Notes under the pieces: model-generated
What the model was told of the DNA's origin: nothing
The model's database searches: none
The model's input: the letters and a program-made list of their open reading frames with translations, nothing else
Part shown: positions 39,464-51,539 of the stretch, one piece after another
Numbering within the stretch: the first letter of the stretch is position 1
Layout: every line of letters begins with the position of its first letter
Origin: Octopus sinensis
Lineage: Eukaryota
NCBI RefSeq assembly: GCF_006345805.1
Contig: NC_043012.1
Span: 930,001-994,000 of the forward strand
Direction of reading: 5' to 3'
DNA: 64,000 nucleotides
Translations under genes and position numbers: made by a program

Positions 39464-39547
39464 GCAGTACGACCGTTTCAAGCAGCTCCATTTAATTGAA
39501 TAATGCAATCATTATATCAATTTAAATGCAAGGCTATCCTCAGCTGC
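39464..39547 (-). ncRNA. Type I hammerhead ribozyme motif with canonical core and long stem II
   Basis: GCAG-CTGAGGA-[TAGC...17-bp AU-rich hairpin...GCTT]-GAAA-CGGTCGT-A-CTGC; stem I GCAG/CTGC; stem III ACG/CGT; predicted GUA cleavage between 39468 and 39467. Confidence 0.7.
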
Positions 39548-40045
39548 GCAAATAAATTAATAGAATTTTTAATCAGTGTGTCCAACGATGATGATGATGA
39601 TGACGGTGATGATGCTAATGATGATATTGATGACGACGATGACGACGACGACGATGATAGTGGTGGTAGTGGTGGTGATGACAATAATGACGACGGTGAC
39701 GACACAATATTTGAAGAAGTCTTTCTACCATTTCCTTTTATATAAGGCTGGGGTGGGTTTGGCATTTGGCTGCCATGTGAAGTTGTGATACGTATTCATC
39801 GTCAACAAACAAACAAACAGGCAATAATAATAAAAAAAGGTAGAAACAGACACTGGAAAACAACAACAACAATCACAGCAACATCAAAAGCAATCAATGA
39901 CTAATTAGTCGTTTGATTTCACCACACCTTGCCTAAAGTACCTACTACTACTCCAAATATATCTACTACTACTACTACTATACTACTACTTCTAATGTTG
40001 AGCTGCTGCTGTCACCACTACCACCACTACTATTGTTAAAACACT

Positions 40046-40087
<42 letters not shown>

Positions 40088-40171
40088 AACTACTACTGCT
40101 GCTACTGCTGCTGCTGCTACCACTACTGCAGCTAATGTAACTACTATTAACCTTTATTTATTACTATCCAA

Positions 40172-40215
<44 letters not shown>

Positions 40216-41429
40216 TATTACTACTTGTGCTACAATAGAAATGCGAACAATAGCTCTCATGTTGATACTGTCACCATCACCACCACTACCACCAACACTT
40301 CTACCACTATCACCACTACTACCACCAACACTACCACCATCACCACCACCACCACCACCACCACCACCCAAACCACTACTTCTGGCTCCACCTCTACCAC
40401 CACCACCACCACCACTACAACTGCCAGCTCTACAATTAATTATAACAATGGCAGCAACACACAAACAATTAATAAGTTACTCGTTAGTATCTCTGTGCCA
40501 TTAATACCAGATCTATATTGAGGTGTTATCTCATCATTGGACTTTTTGTTTTCGTTGTTTGTTTGTTTGTTTGTTTGTTAGTTTCTTTCTGACAAACATT
40601 ACATCATTGCCAGAGTCGTACTTGTCTGGCAAGTGACGTCATTGGAGGAGGTCATATTTGGAAGCAGAACTCACTACATCATGGGAAAGACATTTAACCA
40701 ACCAAAAACATGCTAAAACAAAAATCTTTTCAATTCACTGTTCATTTATTTTGTGAAAGCACCTGACCCAGTGGTTAGAGTGTTGCACTCATGGTCGCCA
40801 TATCGTGGGTTCAATTCCAAGACTAGGCGGCGTATTTTGTTCTTGATCAAAACACTTCACTTAACATTGCTCTAGTGTTGTGTGGGGACCAGCAAGCCAA
40901 AATATACACCCAACATTAGTTCTATGTATCATTAAAGGTAACTAAAAGAGGTCGCGGGTGGATCTGCACTCTGACCTCATAAAAACCCTCACCAGCAATG
41001 ATTACCCAAACAAATCCATGGGTTAGAATAGTAGTTCTCAACCAGGGTCCGTATAAGATTTTTAGGATCCATGAAACAAAATAGTAAATTTGGGATCCAC
41101 AACAGTAATTTTTGGGGGCCCTGAAAAAGGTTTTGCTTTACATGTATGTATTGGTATGTATTGCAAGAAAGGGCTAGATTTCTTTTTCTAGCATTTTACA
41201 TAGTTTAACCAAAGCAATACAAAAAGAAGTTTGAAAGAAGTTTTTATAAAACTAGTTTTTTAAGCATCAAATGGCTATAGGGCTCCACCACAATAATTTA
41301 GTTATCAAAAGGATCCATTGATAAGAAATGGATGAGAATCCCTGCTTTAGTTGTGTGTATTGGTATGTATTGCAAGAAACAGCTAAGTTTCTTTCTCTAT
41401 CATTTTACAAGTTAATATCTTTACATTTT

Positions 41430-41819
41430 TTTTTTTACTTGTTTCAGTCATTTGACTGTGGCCATGCTGGAGCACCGCCTTTAGTCGAGCAGATCGACCC
41501 CAGGACTTATTCTTTGTAAGCCTAGTACTTATTCTAATGCTCTCCTTTGCCGAACCATGAAGTTATGGAGATATAAACACACCAGCATCAGTTGTCAAGC
41601 GATGTTGCGGGGACAAACACAGATGCACAAACACACACACACATATACATACATACGCCAGGCTTCTTTCAGTTTCCGTCTACCAAATCCACTCACAAGG
41701 CTTTGGTCGGCCCGAGGCTATAGTAGAAGACACTTGCCTAAGGTGCCATGCAGTGGGACTGAACCCGGAACCATGTGGTTGGAAAGCAAGCTACTTACCA
41801 AACAGCCACTCCTGCGCCT
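41430..41819 (-). mobile_element. SINE family A, full length
   Basis: Collinear with the other family A copies; splits the second MITE unit. Confidence 0.9.
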
Positions 41820-41971
41820 ATAATATGTGAAAAATAAAATAAGAATTCTGAAAGAAGTTTCTATAAAACTAGTCTGTAAACATTGAACGGCTGCTGGCGT
41901 CTACCAGAATAAAATAGTTATCAAAGGGATCTATAGACAAGAAATAGTTGAGGGCTCCTGCTTTAGATGTA

Positions 41972-42537
41972 CACTTGCGTCGGAAATTAATTAGCACTTC
42001 TCAAATTTCTACATTTTCTTACATTTTCTTAATTTAATTAACTTATTATCAGAAACGAACTCGTTTTTAATCAAAAATTTATTAAAACATATCCCAGCAC
42101 ACCACATAATTGTTATTAATCGTGAAATTTAGTCAATATCTTGTTGCTCCTCTTTTGGCAGCAATGACAGCTGCTACGCGGGTCGGCATGCTGTCTATGA
42201 GTGCCTGCAGGTACTGGTGCAGGGATGGCCCCTCATGCAGCAAGAAGTGCCCCAAACAGCTCGTGTCGGTTCCTGTATTGCTGCACATTCAAATCCCTAC
42301 CATCGACTCCAGAGGTTCTCAATAGGGTTCAGGTCAGGTGACTGGCCAGCACGTACTCCTCGCCACCAAAGAGGTATCCCGTACTATCTCAACGTACTTT
42401 GCTGCGTTGATGTTGCCTTCGACGGCATAGAGCCGCCCAACACCACTGTAGCTGAACGCCCCTCACACCATCAGACCACCCCCACCATGCTTCATGGTGA
42501 GCAAATCAAGGGTGCTAATTAATTTCTGACGGTTGTG
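41972..42537 (-). mobile_element. Internally deleted Tc1-like (DD34E) transposon
   Basis: TIRs CACTTGCGTCGGAAATTAATTAGCAC / CACAACCGTCAGAAATTAATTAGCAC with TA TSDs; minus-strand peptides TMKHGGGGLMV*GAFSYSGVG, QSPDLNPIENLW, LIDSMPTRVAAVIAAKRGATRY*. Confidence 0.92.
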
Positions 42538-42674
42538 TATGTATTGTAAGAAACAGCCAGGTTTTTTTCTCTGACATTTTACATAGTTCAACCTGCATAA
42601 GGGAATGCGTGAAAAAACGAAATAGGAAGTTTGAATGAAGTTTTTATAAAACTAGTTTTTTTAAACATCAAAAG

Positions 42675-42918
42675 GAAATTGTAGTTGTGATAAATGTGCT
42701 GGTGGCACGTAAAAAGCACCAACTGATCGTGGCCGTTGCCAGCCTTGCCTGGCACGTAAAAAGCACCCACTACATTCATGGACTGGTTGGTGTTAGGAAG
42801 GGCATCCAGCTGTAGAAACACTGCCAGATCAGACTGGGCCTGATGCAGCCTCTTGGCTTCCCAGTCCAACCTTTGCTAGCATGGAAAACAGACGTTAAAC
42901 GATGATGATGATGATGAT
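42675..42918 (+). mobile_element. Family C (RTE 3' UTR)
   Basis: Pseudoknot motif 42695-42720; tail GCTAGCATGGAAAACAGACGTTAAAC(GAT)n. Confidence 0.8.
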
Positions 42919-42940
42919 GGTATATATATATATATATATA

Positions 42941-43247
42941 TGGGGACAAAGTAGCCGAGCTCCTTTTGAGGTTTGGGCCACACAAGGGTAATGACTAAAG
43001 CCTTTGGCATTATGTCGTGCTTGAGAAGAGACCCATCAAGTTGAGCAAAATCGCAGTCATGACAGATTCTGGTGTCACGTAAAAGCAGCCATTACACTCT
43101 GAGTGGTTGGTGTTAGGAAGGGCACCCAGCCTTAGAAACCATGCCAAATGAGACTGGATTCTGGTGCCACCTTCCAGCTTACCAGCCCTGGTCAAATCGT
43201 CCAAGCCATGCCAGCATAGACAACGGACGTTAAATGATGATGATGAT
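42941..43247 (+). mobile_element. Family C copy retaining the RTE ORF C-terminus
   Basis: Frameshifted peptide resembling ..DKV...LGHTRVMTK-LWHYVVLEK (RTE W..VV..DL..LGL...M..DR..WR..V) precedes the family C UTR and (GAT)n tail. Confidence 0.65.
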
Positions 43248-43250
43248 ATA

Positions 43251-43285
<35 letters not shown>

Positions 43286-43289
<4 letters not shown>

Positions 43290-43500
43290 AATTAAAAAAA
43301 ACAGAGAAAAGAAACAAAGGAAAAAACAAACAAATGTGAGAACATAGCACAAGCAATGTATTAATACGATGCTCGGAGAAGAAAGAGAGTAGTTGTTTTA
43401 CGTTTCGAGCAAAGCACTTCTTCGGAAAAAGGAAAAATGGGGAAGTTTGAAGGGAAAGGAGGAGCAAAATTGCCAACCATCAACGTGTAGCTACATTCTG
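43286..43500 (-). mobile_element. Penelope-like terminal fragment with hammerhead-like motif (43396-43428)
   Basis: Minus strand: TTT-CCGAAGA-A-GTGC-TTT-GCTC-GAAA-CGT-A-AAA; homologous to 8213-8417. Confidence 0.55.
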
Positions 43501-44835
43501 AATATAGTGTGTATATAGTGTGTGTTTGTATGTATGTGTGTATCTTAGTGTCTGTTTTTTTTTCCCACCATCACTTGACGACTGGCGTTGGTATGTTTAC
43601 ATCCCCATAACTTAATGGATTACAAATTCTTCAAGAGAGTGCTCCAGCATGGCCACACTCCAATGACTGAAACAAGCAAAAGATGAAAGATAACGAGGAA
43701 AGATATAATTTTATGATAATGCATCATACTTAAGTAAGACTGTAGTTATGCAAACATTTGTGATATTTCCCAGTAAATCATATGACAAATCCCTAATCAC
43801 ATCCAACCATGTCCTCCACTCCTCTTTGTTCCACGAATAACTTCTCCTGTTCTCTTTAATACTAAGTTTACATATTCTTAATTGGATAAAGAAAGTTTGT
43901 CTAAGTTATCGGTAAGGCCTATCCTACAACACTAGATTTCAACACCCCAGGTGATCTGTTAGTTTTCTTAGTACATAACACCAGCCCTGCTTAACGCACT
44001 AACTACATCGCAACATAACTGCATACCTATCTACAAATCTACTTAACTTCCTAACTAGCGACTTAACTAGCTTTCTACTCACTAACCACTTACCTGCCTA
44101 ACTCGCTTATTATCTACCGACCTACCTGTATGGCACATTAACTACCTACCTACATCCATATCAAACTAGCAGCCTAACTAAGTACTTACCTTCCTAGTTA
44201 CACACGTATAGATCAATACCTGTCTCATCAATATATAGAGATATGTTTTTTTTTATAGCTTATACGGCTGTGTTATTTTTTCTGACTACTTGATGTCAAG
44301 TTTTCATCACCATTCTCTGTCTCCATCTATGTCTCCTCTTCACAACCACTTATACATATGTGTGTATATATCTACGCATATATGTGTGTATATATACATA
44401 ACTGAATGTTTGCATGTAAGTATGTATATATATATGCAGGTACAGATGTATTCACACATACATTTATATATATGTATATATATATATATATATATGTATA
44501 GTTAGTTATACATATATGTGCACACATACTTACGCATATGTTTATATACATGTATATATATATATATATGACATGTGTATATATGTAATATATATCAACA
44601 CATATCTACGTATACACACATATATACACATATGTCCATGCACACATATAAATAATATATACATATACATATATATATATCGTATATATATATATATGTA
44701 TATGTATTTATGTATATGTGTATATATATATATGTATATATATACACACATATATAATATATATATAATACTATATATATACATACATATATATACACAC
44801 ATATAAAAAGATACATACATACTCACATACATACT

Positions 44836-44879
<44 letters not shown>

Positions 44880-44899
44880 TATATATATGTATGTGTATG

Positions 44900-44931
<32 letters not shown>

Positions 44932-45218
44932 TGATTGTGAAATGACAGAATGGGAAGCAGGAAATGCATCATCATTGATTTGGTAGACATAAGAGAGAAC
45001 ACCAAAGCTAAGTGCAAATAATAAATCCTTGGTGAACAGTAAAATAAAATAGAAGCTACATGACTGGAGCGGTTATATCTTTACCATGATCAGTATGGTG
45101 GCTGCATGGATTATGGAAGGGAAAATATGCTACGATCTGAGTGAAAACAAGCCACCTGTGAATGTTTATTCAGTGGTGGCTTCAATCTTGTTCCACCCCA
45201 CTGAGCTGGCAAGAGGGG

Positions 45219-45250
45219 TATTTTCTGAAGATGTCGAAACCATCAAGATA
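45219..45250 (+). ncRNA. Collapsed minimal hammerhead motif
   Basis: TATTTT-CTGAAGA-TGTC-GAAA-CCAT-C-AAGATA; stem I TATTTT/AAGATA; stem II reduced to 4 nt. Confidence 0.45.
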
Positions 45251-45255
45251 GATAA

Positions 45256-45299
<44 letters not shown>

Positions 45300-45300
45300 G

Positions 45301-45352
<52 letters not shown>

Positions 45353-45391
45353 AGATAGATAGATAGATAGAGATAGATAGTAGATAGATAG

Positions 45392-45471
<80 letters not shown>

Positions 45472-45483
45472 AGACAGATAGAC

Positions 45484-45534
<51 letters not shown>

Positions 45535-45761
45535 AGATGGATAGATAAGTTTCTTTATTGGCCACACAGGCTGCACACAGATGGGACAAGTTACAAGGTA
45601 GAGCTTTTCTTTTGGGAGATGAAAAAAAAAAAGGTTTTCGATCAAAAGGATCGTAAAAGGTGGAAAAAAGGAAAAGAAAAAATAAAAAGGGAAAGGAACA
45701 AAAGAAAAGAAAAATGAAAAAAGAAGAAAAAAGAGGGAAAAAAGGGGAAGAGAAAAAAAAC

Positions 45762-45805
<44 letters not shown>
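45248..45805. repeat. (GATA)n microsatellite containing a LINE-like 3' UTR (45548-45761, minus strand)
   Basis: GATA arrays on both sides of an insert whose minus-strand end is ...TTGTCCCATCTGTGTGCAGCCTGTGTGGCCAATAAAGAAA. Confidence 0.8.
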
Positions 45806-45807
<2 letters not shown>

Positions 45808-46248
45808 GTGAAACACTGCTAAATATTTTTTTGCTTGGTCTCATAAATATTTTGTATGTGTTAAATCCTGAAGGTTACGGTACTGAATCAGCAAATATTT
45901 CTAAATAAGTATACACTTCAACTAAAGTACCCAGTGATCTTTTTTATATAAGCATAAATGCTTTAACTCTTTGATACACCCTTCATCAGCTCTTGACCTG
46001 AGATCTTGATGGTTTCTATCTATTTATCTATCTATCTATCTATCTATCTATATGTGTGCATGGGTTTTTTAAGTGTATGTGTTTGTCTATGTGTAAAGTG
46101 TCAATGCTGTGTTTGTATATTGATATGTTTCTAATTCTAGTGTTAATTACACTTCCATTGCTGTTACAGTGTATAGGTATGTATGTGTATACATATATAT
46201 ATATATATATACACACACATATATATGCATACATACATATATACCTAC

Positions 46249-46285
<37 letters not shown>

Positions 46286-46289
<4 letters not shown>

Positions 46290-46481
46290 TCATCATCATC
46301 ATCATCGTTTAACGTCCGTTTCCATGCTAGCATGGGTTGGACGGTTCGACCGGGGATCTGGAAAGCCAGAAGGCTGCACCAGGCTCCAGTCTTATCTGGC
46401 AGTGTTTTCACAGCTGGATGCCCTTCCTAACGCCAACCACCCCGTGAGTGTAGTGGGTGCTTTTTACGTGCCACCTGCACA
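46286..46481 (-). mobile_element. Family C (RTE 3' UTR), 1 unit
   Basis: Near-identical to 21128-21324; the 5' end coincides with the first base of the pseudoknot motif (46456-46481), then (AT)n. Confidence 0.88.
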
Positions 46482-47426
46482 TATATATATTATATAATAT
46501 ATATATATATATTATATACATACATATATATACACACACGCATGTGTATGTACAGTGAGAGAGAGAGAGAGAAATAATGATAATGTAAGTGTTGTGTATT
46601 TCCTGCACTTATTACATCTCAACAGATCTTTATCAAGTCCTTTACTCAAATATATACTTATTCTTATCCATAAGAGATTATGTTCTGGTGTTATAAGTAT
46701 ATATATATGTAGATCCATTCTTCCATTCTTTTGCATGGAAGTGAGGATGTTCCAGTGATGATATATATACATATGTGTGTATGTGTGTGTGTGTGTGTGT
46801 GTATGTATAGATGTATTTATATGCATATATATGTATAGCGTATGCGTCTGCACACATACACTTGTCATCAACAATAAAGAATTACATGGCGACTGACTCC
46901 ATTCAATAATATTACAATGACAATCTCGGTGATGAAAGCGGTGCCGGGGTTGGTGCTGGCAACAGCAGAGAGAGAGTGGTGGTGATTGGGGGGGGGGTGC
47001 TGGTGCCGATGCTGGTGCTTCTACTGCTGCTGCTGCTACTGCTACTTGATGATGATGATGATGATGATGCTTGTTCTAGAGAAAAGATCAAAGAAAACAT
47101 TTGATAGCTTAATGGCATCTTCATCTAATTGCACACTCACTCAGAAGTACATGGATGTATACCCCCCCCCTTTATATGCGCATGTATATATATATATATA
47201 TATATATATACACAAATGCATGTATGTATATATATATTTACATATGAACATGTATATGTGTATGTATATATAGTGTGTGTATGTATAGGTGTGTGTGTGT
47301 ATACATATATATAGTATATATAAATATGTACACACACACAGATATATATATATATCAAACAAACATATATAACTATATATATATATATATATATCACATA
47401 TATATCAATTATATATATATTATATA

Positions 47427-47478
<52 letters not shown>

Positions 47479-47605
47479 CATATATATATATACATATATA
47501 CAGGCACATACATATACATAGACGATAGCATCAAGTAGGCTTGCCACTAAGTGAAGTGCCTGTTGAGAAGCAATATATATATATGTATGTATGTATATAT
47601 GTATA

Positions 47606-47639
<34 letters not shown>

Positions 47640-47919
47640 CAAAACATATGATATTATATAACACTTGTATAATAAACCACTTCTGTCTTCATGTAATCTC
47701 TGTGAACGTGAATTTGTGTGCCAGTGTGCACAATGCTACAGGAAATACCAATTCCTGGAAACTTAAAATTAATCTTCTGATCTTTCATTTGCATGTATGT
47801 ATATACATACATGTATGCATCAATATACATACTTAGGCACATGCATTTATTCATGCTTATATATATAAATATATATATATATATATACGTATATATATAA
47901 TATATATAATATATATATA

Positions 47920-48082
47920 TATCATCATTTAGCGTCGCTTTCCTCCATGCTAGCATGGGTTGGACGGTTCAACTGGGGTCTGTGAAGCTGGAAGGCTTCG
48001 TCAGGCCCAGTCAGATCTGGCAGTGTTTCTACGGCTGGATGCCCTTCCTAACGCCAACCACGGAGTGGTTGGCGTTAGGAAG
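47920..48082 (-). mobile_element. Family C fragment ending in a 17-bp foldback inversion
   Basis: CTTCCTAACGCCAACCA-CGGAG-TGGTTGGCGTTAGGAAG (48044-48082). Confidence 0.85.
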
Positions 48083-48112
48083 TTATATATATATATATAT
48101 ATATATTGGCGT

Positions 48113-48151
<39 letters not shown>

Positions 48152-48189
48152 TACATACATGTATATATACATGTATATAAATATATATG

Positions 48190-48240
<51 letters not shown>

Positions 48241-48297
48241 TATATATATATATATATATACTGTATTGATATGTTTGGAATAGTCATTTTCTTTTAC

Positions 48298-48342
48298 CAA
48301 GTAAACTTTCATCACATACCCTGTGATCTCTTCGGTAACTCT
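48298..48342 (-). ncRNA. Hammerhead-like motif (CCGAAGA core)
   Basis: Minus strand: GAGTTA-CCGAAGA-G-ATCACA-GGGTA-TGTGAT-GAAA-GTT-TACTT; perfect 6-bp stem II; stems I and III decayed. Confidence 0.45.
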
Positions 48343-48418
48343 CCATCTTAAGTGTCTCCTGATCCGTTTATTCCATAATATATCCATCCATCCATCTACC
48401 TATCTATCTATCTATCTG

Positions 48419-48567
<149 letters not shown>

Positions 48568-48768
48568 AATGTGTGTGAGTGTGTGTGTGTGTGTTCTTTT
48601 ATTCTTTACTTGTTTCAGTAAAGGGTGTTAGTCGAAGAAATTAACCCAGGCTTTATTCTTTGTAAGCCTAGTATCTATTCTATCAGTCTCTTTTGCCAAA
48701 CCGCTAAGTTAGGGTGACATAAAAACACCAGCATCAGTTGTCAAGTGATGTTGTGTGGTGGATAAACA

Positions 48769-48803
<35 letters not shown>

Positions 48804-48806
<3 letters not shown>

Positions 48807-50470
48807 TTAGCGGCAATAAATGAAATAAAACACAATTCAGCAGTAGGGCCCGATAGGTTCCCTGCTTGTGTCCTGAAGGTGTGTCGACACCAACTTGCAT
48901 CTCCCCTTGCTAATCTGTGGAGAAACTCACTGGATGCTGGCTATATTCCAAAAAACCTTCTGTCCCAGTCTGTTGTCCCAGTTTTCAAAAAGGGAAACAA
49001 GTCCCTTGCAGTGACTACCGTCCGATCTCACTCACCTCTCATATCATCAAGGTATTTGAGAGGGTGGTGAGATCTCGAATAACCCAATTTCTGGAAAGCA
49101 ACAGACGGCTGATCTCTAACCAACATGGGTTCCGTAATGGAAGGGACTGCCTAATGCAGCTCCTGCATCACTTTGATGACATTTTGAGAGCTTTGGGAGA
49201 GGGCTCCAACACCGATGTCATCTACCTTGATTTCAGTAAGGCCTTCGACAGGGTCAATCACAAGATCCTATTGAAAAAACTATCCAACATTGGTGTCTCT
49301 GGAAAGTTACTGAAATGGATCAAGTGTTTCCTGACAGACAGATCTCAACATGTTGTAGTTGAAGGGGTAAAATCAAGCCCAGCCAAAGTCAGTAGTGGCG
49401 TTCCGCAAGGCACTGTGCTGGGCCCACTTCTTTTCATCATCTACATTAATGACATCAATGACATCATCAAGCACAGCAACATAAAAATCTTTGCAGATGA
49501 TTCCAAGCTACAGAAGGTCATAAATGAGGTGAGTGACCGGACATGCCTTCAGTCAGATCTACTGGCTGTTATCCAATGGGCAGAAAAAAACAATATGCTG
49601 CTGAACGAGGATAAATTTGAGTTAATCCACTTTGGAAAAGAGGATGCCCTGAAACTCCCATACTCCCTTCCTTCAGGTGAAACTCTCGCGGCGTCCAACA
49701 ACATCAGAGACTTGGGAGTAATTGTGGACAACAACATAAGCTGGGCCACTCATATAAACACCAAAGTTGACATGGCCCGCAGAATGTGTTCCTGGATTCT
49801 CAGAACTTTCCAGTCGAGAGATATCCACACCATTATCCTTCTCTTCTCCACTTTTGCCCGACCCCACCTTGAATACTGTTGTCCACTGTGGTCTCCCCAC
49901 ACAATACAAAGTATCATAAAAGTTGAAGCACCTCAAAGGGCAATCACAAGAAAGATAGATGGCATGACAGGCCTCGACTATTGGGGTCGACTAGAAAAGC
50001 TAAAACTTTATTCTCTCCAACGTCGTCGTGAGCGCTACATCATCTGCATGATGTGGAAAATATTCCATCAGCATTGCCCAAATGATGTTGGCATCACCTT
50101 TAAGGTACATCCAAGGCTTGGGCCCCGTGCCATCCGCCCAAAACAAAAATCGCACTCTCATCTCATAACAACAATACGGCACAATTATTTCACCTCAATT
50201 GGCCCCGCTCTCTTTAACATTACACCAAAACACATTAAAACAGAAACTGACCCTATAGGGTTCAAGAAGTCTTTGGACAGATTCCTTCAAGAAATCCCGG
50301 ATAAACCCCCTACACCTGGATATGTCTCTGTAAACAATAACTCTCTACTTGAGTGGGCCATAGTGCCCAAATTCTGACTTGAAAGACTTCACCAGGTGGT
50401 GCTATTAAGTTAGACATGGCCTGGGCCAATAATGGCCGAAACCTATCAAAGTATCAAAGTATCAAAGTAT
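48804..50470 (+). mobile_element. 5'-truncated CR1/L2-group LINE inserted in (TA)n; RT domain, one frameshift near 49013
   Basis: VLAAINEIKHNSAVGPD...VVPVFKKG / YRPISLTS...QHGFR...YLDFSKAFD...SGVPQGTVLGPLLF...FADD...RDLGV...RPHLEYC; stop at 50377; 3' hairpin GGCCA-ATAA-TGGCC (50424-50437); (TATCAAAG)3 tail; no endonuclease domain. Confidence 0.96.
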
Positions 50471-50486
50471 ATATATATATATATAC

Positions 50487-50537
<51 letters not shown>

Positions 50538-50551
50538 CATACATATATATA

Positions 50552-50590
<39 letters not shown>

Positions 50591-50717
50591 CACATATATA
50601 TATATATATATGCATATATATATCTACATACATATACATATATATGTATATATATACTTTTACCTTTTTCACTTTCTGGGTATCTGTCTATCTCTCTCTG
50701 TCTATCTCTCTATCTAT

Positions 50718-50795
<78 letters not shown>

Positions 50796-51539
50796 ATCTA
50801 TCTATCTATCAATCCATCTGTCTGTCTATCTATGTGTGCATGTATACATACACACACACACACATACACATATATATGCACATGCATTGCACACATACAT
50901 GCACCCACTCTCTTTCCCCCATCACATGCATTTTCACTTCCCAATTGTCAAGACTGCTTCACATACATACACATACATACATACATACACACTCACATAG
51001 ACACATATAGCCATACACACAGACATGCACACACACATCTACCCTTCAAGTCAAATTGTTTAAAAGTGAGAAGTAAAAGTATTTGTTCACAGTGTATTAA
51101 CACAGATGCAATATTTGTTCTCGCGTATTTAGTAAACCCTGGAGAATTTATTAAAAATCTTCTATACAATACACTCCACCCGTCCTACCGTCCTATCTCA
51201 GAATTCTTTCCCCTAAAACAAATGAAGATTATATGATGCCTTCCCACTCGTCATATCATTGATTTCTATTTGTGTTCTTCACCTCATTAATTCTCAAAAT
51301 GTTTAACAACAGCCCTCAAACACCTCATGCTGCCTGATCTATCACTGCTAGTTTGGTCTTAGGGGGATTCTGTCTGAGTGATAGATGTAAACTATGCCAC
51401 AGTTTAACACCCCCGTTTCACCATAGGGCTTATGGCTTTGTAGTTAGAGCATTCAGATCAGGATCGTAAGGCTGTAAGTTCAGTAAACTGGTGCACATTG
51501 GGTCCTTGAGCAAGGCCCTTTATTGCCGTCAATCTAGCT

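Larger units (their letters stand above)
41029..42670. mobile_element. hAT (Charlie-like) MITE with its 3' ~210 bp triplicated, invaded by SINE A and Tc1
   Basis: Left end TAGTAGTTCTCAACC; right ends GGATGAGAATCCCTG (41344) and AGTTGAGGGCTCCTG (41960); GCTTTA..TGT..GTATTGCAAGAAA...ATAAAACTAG unit present three times. Confidence 0.7.
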
